The notes beneath the pieces were generated by a model, which made no database searches, was not told the DNA's origin, and saw nothing but the letters and a program-made list of their open reading frames with translations. Shown in pieces: positions 58,353 through 64,000 of a DNA stretch of 64,000 nucleotides; within the stretch, counting starts at the first letter, position 1; every line of letters starts with the position of its first letter. The stretch is from Eledone cirrhosa (Eukaryota). The position numbers and the translations under genes are program-made. The stretch covers positions 13,206,001 to 13,270,000 of the forward strand of contig OZ024740.1 in NCBI GenBank assembly GCA_964016885.1, written 5' to 3'.

Positions 58353-58754
58353 TGTAGCAGTGAATGAAATGTATTTTCCTTCTGCGGCGGAATGGTGTTA
58401 CGGAGGTAAGTTGGCTGAAGTGTGAGCCAATCGAAACCTTCGGTACACTAATTGGACTGTCCAGAACTACGTCACCAGGTGAGCGGAGGTAACCAAGAGA
58501 GACATTAGTCTACACGCACCTCTCTTATCGACAAGACCAGGCTACACTCATCGCTGCTAACAACATCTCCATCTTGCAATGAAGCGGACCAAACTACATC
58601 CTACACATGTAGATACGACCTGTACCTAATGTATCCGTTCAACATGTACGACTAATAAATAGAGTTACAACATCGATAATGGATTTAGTCAATGTTCTAA
58701 ATGCCTTCTGATTTCTATTATGTATACCAAGAATTGACCCTAAAACCCGTTATA
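58353..58754 (+). repeat. 3' LTR
   Basis: Copy of 53003-53404. Confidence 0.95.
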
Positions 58755-58905
58755 GATGGACCATAACGCACCAGAGTACTCAATACGTCGAAACGGCTTG
58801 AGCTCTGCCGTGGGGGTCATACTTATATTAATATATATATATTAATATGTATATATATATATATATATATCATATATATATATATATATTAATATATATA
58901 TATTA

Positions 58906-58939
<34 letters not shown>

Positions 58940-58942
<3 letters not shown>

Positions 58943-59085
58943 GGCGTGCGGCTGAGTGGTTAGAGAATTGGATTCACAATCTTGAGGTTGTGAGTTCGAT
59001 TCCTGGACCGGGCGTGGCGTTATGTCCTTGAGCAAGACACTTTATTTCACGTTTCTCCTTCTACCTGGAGTTGCGACCGATAGAT
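58940..59085 (+). mobile_element. tRNA-derived SINE
   Basis: A-box-like GGCTGAGTGG, B-box GAGTTCGATTCC, then tccttgagcaagacactttatttcac; homologous to 23236-23380. Confidence 0.78.
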
Positions 59086-59156
59086 AGTACTAGCAACTGG
59101 AAAGACCAACGGAAACATTGTTTCCTCGGTCCGATTTGACGAAAGTCGATCGATTA

Positions 59157-59222
<66 letters not shown>

Positions 59223-59866
59223 TATACTTATACATGTGTGTTATTACCAACCTATTGTTTCCGGTGCATCACACCATTTCATGGAATGGTGTTGTTATTG
59301 TTGTTGATGATAATAAGTGTGGAATATACAATAGAGGGCGCTGATGAATGAAAAGTGTAAAAATAACCACAACAGCAGTCACAACAACAACAGCAACACA
59401 AACAGCAATAGACAGCAGAATGTGCCTAAAAAAACAGAAGGATTTAGATAAAATCAACAACACATACACACAGAAATACACATACACACAGAAATACACA
59501 TACACACAGAAATACACATACACACAGAAATACACAGAAATACACATGCACACACACATATAAATACATATGCACACAGACATAAATACACACACACATA
59601 TAAATACATATGCACACAGACATAAATACACACACACATAAATACACATGCACACACACGCACACACATAAATACACATACACACACATACCCACCTTTT
59701 TTATTTTTAGATATTTATTTCTGTGTGTGTGTTGCGTATATGTGTATATATGTATATATATATATATATTTATATGTATGTATATGTATGTGTATATATA
59801 ATTATATATATCTGTATGTATATGTATGTGTGTATATAATTGTATTTTATATGCTTCTGTTGTATT

Positions 59867-59941
<75 letters not shown>

Positions 59942-61410
59942 TTTTATATTTGTGTGTGTGTATTTTTGATAAGGTGGTGACGTAACTTTTTGTAGATATG
60001 TGTGGGTGTGTGTATATTTGTATTTTTATATAATTATTTATGTGTGTATATATATATAATAGCCTCAGAAACGGTTTGAGCTCTGCCGTCGGGGTCATAC
60101 TTTTTCCTACATGTATATATATATATGTATATGTATGTATATGTATGTATATATGTGTGTATTTGTATGGTTGTGTGTATATATATATGTAAATGTATAT
60201 ATGTATGTGTATGTATATGCATAATTACATACAGTGATTTAATGCTTATTTTCATTGATCATTTGCTCCAGGAACTTGTTGAGTGCTCTAAATCAGCTAT
60301 AAACATTTATACCCTTTTCTAATTATTTATTTATTTATTATTTGTCGTATTCCCAACTATTTGTTTACCCCTTTCACCTTTTTATTTATATATATATATA
60401 ATATTTATGTATTTTCTTGTATGTATGTGTGTGTGTATATGTATGTATATATATATATGTATGTATGTATGTATATATATATATATTTAAGAGTTAAACA
60501 ATATTAAATGAATACATCTAAGAATGAGTTTTACACACATACATGTGTATGTATTTATATGTATGTGTGTGTGTATATGTATGTATATGTATGTGTATAT
60601 ATATATATATATAAATATATATATGTATATGTGTGTGTATGTATATGTGTATGTGTATGTATGTGTATATGTATATGTATGCGTATGTGTGTGTGTGTGT
60701 GTGTGTGTATTTATTTTTATCTATGTATGTGTATGTGCAATTGTGTGTTTGTTCATTTATTTGTTGACTGTATCGCTGTCAACATTATAATAATTTTTAC
60801 ATTTATTTTTATTCTTATGTGGCGGTATTTTTATTATTATATTTTTCTTATAATTAATTGTGTGTGTGCGTATGTAGGTGTGTGTACATATATCTATATT
60901 TGTGTATGTGTATATATATGTGTGTATGTATGTGTATGTATGTGTGTGTATGTGCGTGTGTATATATGTATGATTATGTGTATGTATATATATATATAGA
61001 TGTATATATATATACACATGTGTGTGTGTGTGTTTGTGTATTTGTGTGTATGTGTATGTATGGATATGTTGATATATATGTGTGTATGTATGTATATGTA
61101 TATGTATGTGTATTTGTACGTGTTTGTATATGTGTATGCATGTATATATATATATATGTGAATATGTATGTATATATATATGTGTATGTATATATGTGTG
61201 TGTATGTAATTGTGTGTGTGCATGTGTGTTTATTTTTCCTTTCCTTCTTCCTTTTCCAGCCTCACTTTCATATAGATTATATTTTTGTTTTTAAAATCCA
61301 ATGTCAATAAATACACCAGGATTTTTTCATTCTGATGATTGAAAGCAAAATTTGTTTGCTTTCAAGAAACCACTGGTAAATGAAATAATTGCCTTATGTT
61401 GTTTATTACA

Positions 61411-61462
<52 letters not shown>

Positions 61463-61482
61463 TGTATACATATATATATATA

Positions 61483-62059
61483 CTAGCTGACGTACCCAGC
61501 TTCGCCCGGGTAAACAGATAAGAGAAGACAGGTAAAAGAGAAAATGACTGTATTGGATGTTTGTCTGGTTACAGTATGAGGCGAGTCCGTGGTGTCTGTG
61601 TGATACAAAAAACAGTAAAAAACATCTTCCAGATATACCAGATTCTTCGTTGTACCGTTTGTGCATAGTATATGAACAATTCTAGGTGCCCCCATCTAGA
61701 ATAGTGACCTCCAGGAGATGGTTCATCTTCTGCCTGACTGTAAAATGTGTATCATTGCATAGACGTGGTTGTTCCACGTTTCTCAAAAGGATGATGGAAG
61801 TTCCAATCTTTTATATTATATGTAGATATAGATATAGATGATTAATATAAAGATGATGCACAGCCAGTTCGTCTTAATCGATCGCAGCACGCCGTCGCTG
61901 CTTGGCTCCAGTGTTTTGTTGGCGTTGTTCAGCCAGCTCCTCTTCATTCATGGCGGCACATCTTCGCCGCTAAATTTCGGCATTCCGATGGCGCTGTTTG
62001 GCCCGGTTTTCTTCATTCCTGGCTGCACGTCGTCGCCTCTGTAGCTCACTGTTTGATAA
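61483..62059 (-). mobile_element. Helitron-like element, inverted copy of 43083-43660
   Basis: Near-identical reverse complement; CTAG at 61483-61486. Confidence 0.65.
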
Positions 62060-62564
62060 AATCGAATTGCTTTTACTTTCTGTGGAACGCTGCACGCATG
62101 CACACACACACATATAAACATATGCGCACGTACATACCACGTACACATGGTAATAGTTACAGCGTTCAGTTTGCCTCTCTGTTTCTTACTCTCTCCTCTC
62201 ACTCTCTCATTGGCATTATGCATATTAATTTAAGTTTGGTGTCGTTGAGGTGGGCGGAGTCGTTTGAAACCTATGATCCAATGATAATCGAGAATTATGA
62301 CACACGGAATACTGACATTGTTGAAATTAATATATAGATAACATTGAATTAAAAATCGATTGACATATATATAAAATAAACACATCAAACAATTAGAGGG
62401 GATAATTTGTAAAGAATGTAAACAGACCTAGTGTACGGAGGTAACATATTAAAAATTAACAAGAACCTTGAATATAGATACCTTGCAATAATGATTAATC
62501 TCCTTTGTATATATTCCATTAATGAAATATATTTCACCATTAATCGGTGAATCACAGATTGGTA

Positions 62565-62630
<66 letters not shown>

Positions 62631-62776
62631 AGGAGTTGACGGACCCAACATATTTATCAATGCCAGGACCGGTTGTATATCAGCGTACTCAATAGGTAAT
62701 GTAGGATATATTTCCAGAGTATTCACATAGTTATTCGCTTTAATACAACACACGTAAACAGGTGCCTATAGTAGTT

Positions 62777-62887
62777 CCCGGACTCGAGTTTCGGCCACAC
62801 TTAATGCAGCAGTAGGGTGCTCTGCACCCTCTGTCTGCATATATTATGCAACAATGCCTAATCGGCGCATGTGGCTTCATCAGCGGG
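62777..62887 (-). ncRNA. Type I hammerhead ribozyme with branched ~85-nt stem II
   Basis: Minus strand reads cccg-CTGATGA-a-gccaca...tgtggc-c-GAAAC-TCGA-GTC-cggg, with ATTAAA downstream. It lies in a ~600-bp segment between (TA)n runs. Confidence 0.8.
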
Positions 62888-63332
62888 TATCGCCTAATCA
62901 ATAACCAATCGATCGACAGAATTCGACTCCAGTCCGTTGGCTATGACTATTTGTGACGGCCGACACTGTAAAGTGATTAGCAACTGGAATCTGATACAAC
63001 TCTGTTCCCCGACCAGCCACCGATCTACAAACTTTACGCGGTGGCAGGAGATTAGAAAACAAATATTTCCGCTCCCGTCAAAAGCCCTCAGCCAACGTAT
63101 CTCAAACACAGATTAATAAGATAGTGAAAAGATGGTTATTAGAAAGAGCAGTCCACATCGATGTATAACAGAATGGTAGCATTCGGCTCTAGTCTCCAAG
63201 TCCCATGGTGGGAGGAAAGCGATAGTAACACACAAACACATATATATATATAACGAAGGAAGTGTGGTAAGGAACCAGGTGGACCATAACGCACCAGAGT
63301 ACTCGATACTTTGGGTAGTAGAGTGTGTAAAT

Positions 63333-63378
<46 letters not shown>

Positions 63379-63443
63379 ACACACAAACACATATATATGT
63401 GTGTATATATATATATATATATACGTACACACACAAACATATA

Positions 63444-63484
<41 letters not shown>

Positions 63485-63488
<4 letters not shown>

Positions 63489-63690
63489 ACTACGTTTTTG
63501 TATTTGTTTTGCATGATGATATTCTTAAATATGGAAACATGTGTTGAAACAGATAGTATTATACTCTGGGAGGGTCATGTTGCCAATAAAAAACATACGC
63601 AATTTATTATAACACCCAGTCGGTTAGTTTCATTGTTGATTGTCAAAATTCTTTTTCATCACACATTATATGACCTCCTCAGTGAATACT
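63485..63690 (-). mobile_element. Older diverged solo pseudo-LTR of the 46-48 kb PLE family, with a decayed HHR
   Basis: tgttgaaac..gggagggtcatgttgccaataa..tgtcaaaattctttttcatcacacattatatgacctcctcagtga. Confidence 0.7.
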
Positions 63691-64000
63691 TTTGTTGTTA
63701 CTTTGGGTCCCGCCTTGGTTCTCTTCCACATAATATTGTTTATGAGCTCACAAATTTTACATCAAGGTATCCTTCGCCTGCCAGGCTATTATGACGAGAA
63801 CTGGAGGTCCATTGTCATTACTACACACCGCCAACATCATCATCGTGAACAGTAACAACAGTAACAACAGTAACAACAGTAACAACAGTAACAACAGTAA
63901 CGGCTGTTGCAGCAGTGTCCTTAACTACCAACAAACAAAAGCAGCAGAAGCTCAGCAACACTACGTCGACGACGACCAGAACCACCATCACCACCACTAA

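Larger units (their letters stand above)
53003..58754 (+). mobile_element. Full-length Ty3/Gypsy LTR retrotransposon
   Basis: 402-bp LTRs with 2 differences seen, GATG target-site duplication (52999-53002 and 58755-58758), PBS, PPT, and intact gag and pol in PR-RT-RH-IN order. Confidence 0.97.

Noticed and set aside
63791-64000. Asn/Ser/Gln/His-rich ORF at the window end
   Set aside because: Low-complexity 9-bp and trinucleotide repeats with no domain evidence. An exon cannot be excluded without RNA data.

Overview
Repeat-rich metazoan genomic DNA with no recognisable host gene. The SINE types, (TA)n/(CA)n density and retroelement mix suggest an octopus/cephalopod (inference). Positions 1-19799 are a 51/56-bp tandem satellite with kb-scale higher-order duplications. 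Positions ~19.8-64 kb are microsatellite-rich and contain four 5'-truncated Penelope-like elements (PLEs; two Naiad-type), an intact young Ty3/Gypsy LTR retrotransposon (53003-58754), non-autonomous Helitrons, tRNA-derived SINEs and RTE-LINE scraps. The main signal is a dense, diverse set of type I hammerhead ribozyme (HHR) motifs. By eye I count about 27 copies, degenerate ones included, in about 16 sequence contexts. Most lie in 0.3-0.5-kb fold-back mini-elements inserted in (TA)n, often with one HHR on each strand. They show family-specific palindromic stem III, covarying stems, U3-A8 core variants and unusually long stem II. All structures were read manually; no folding or database search was run.
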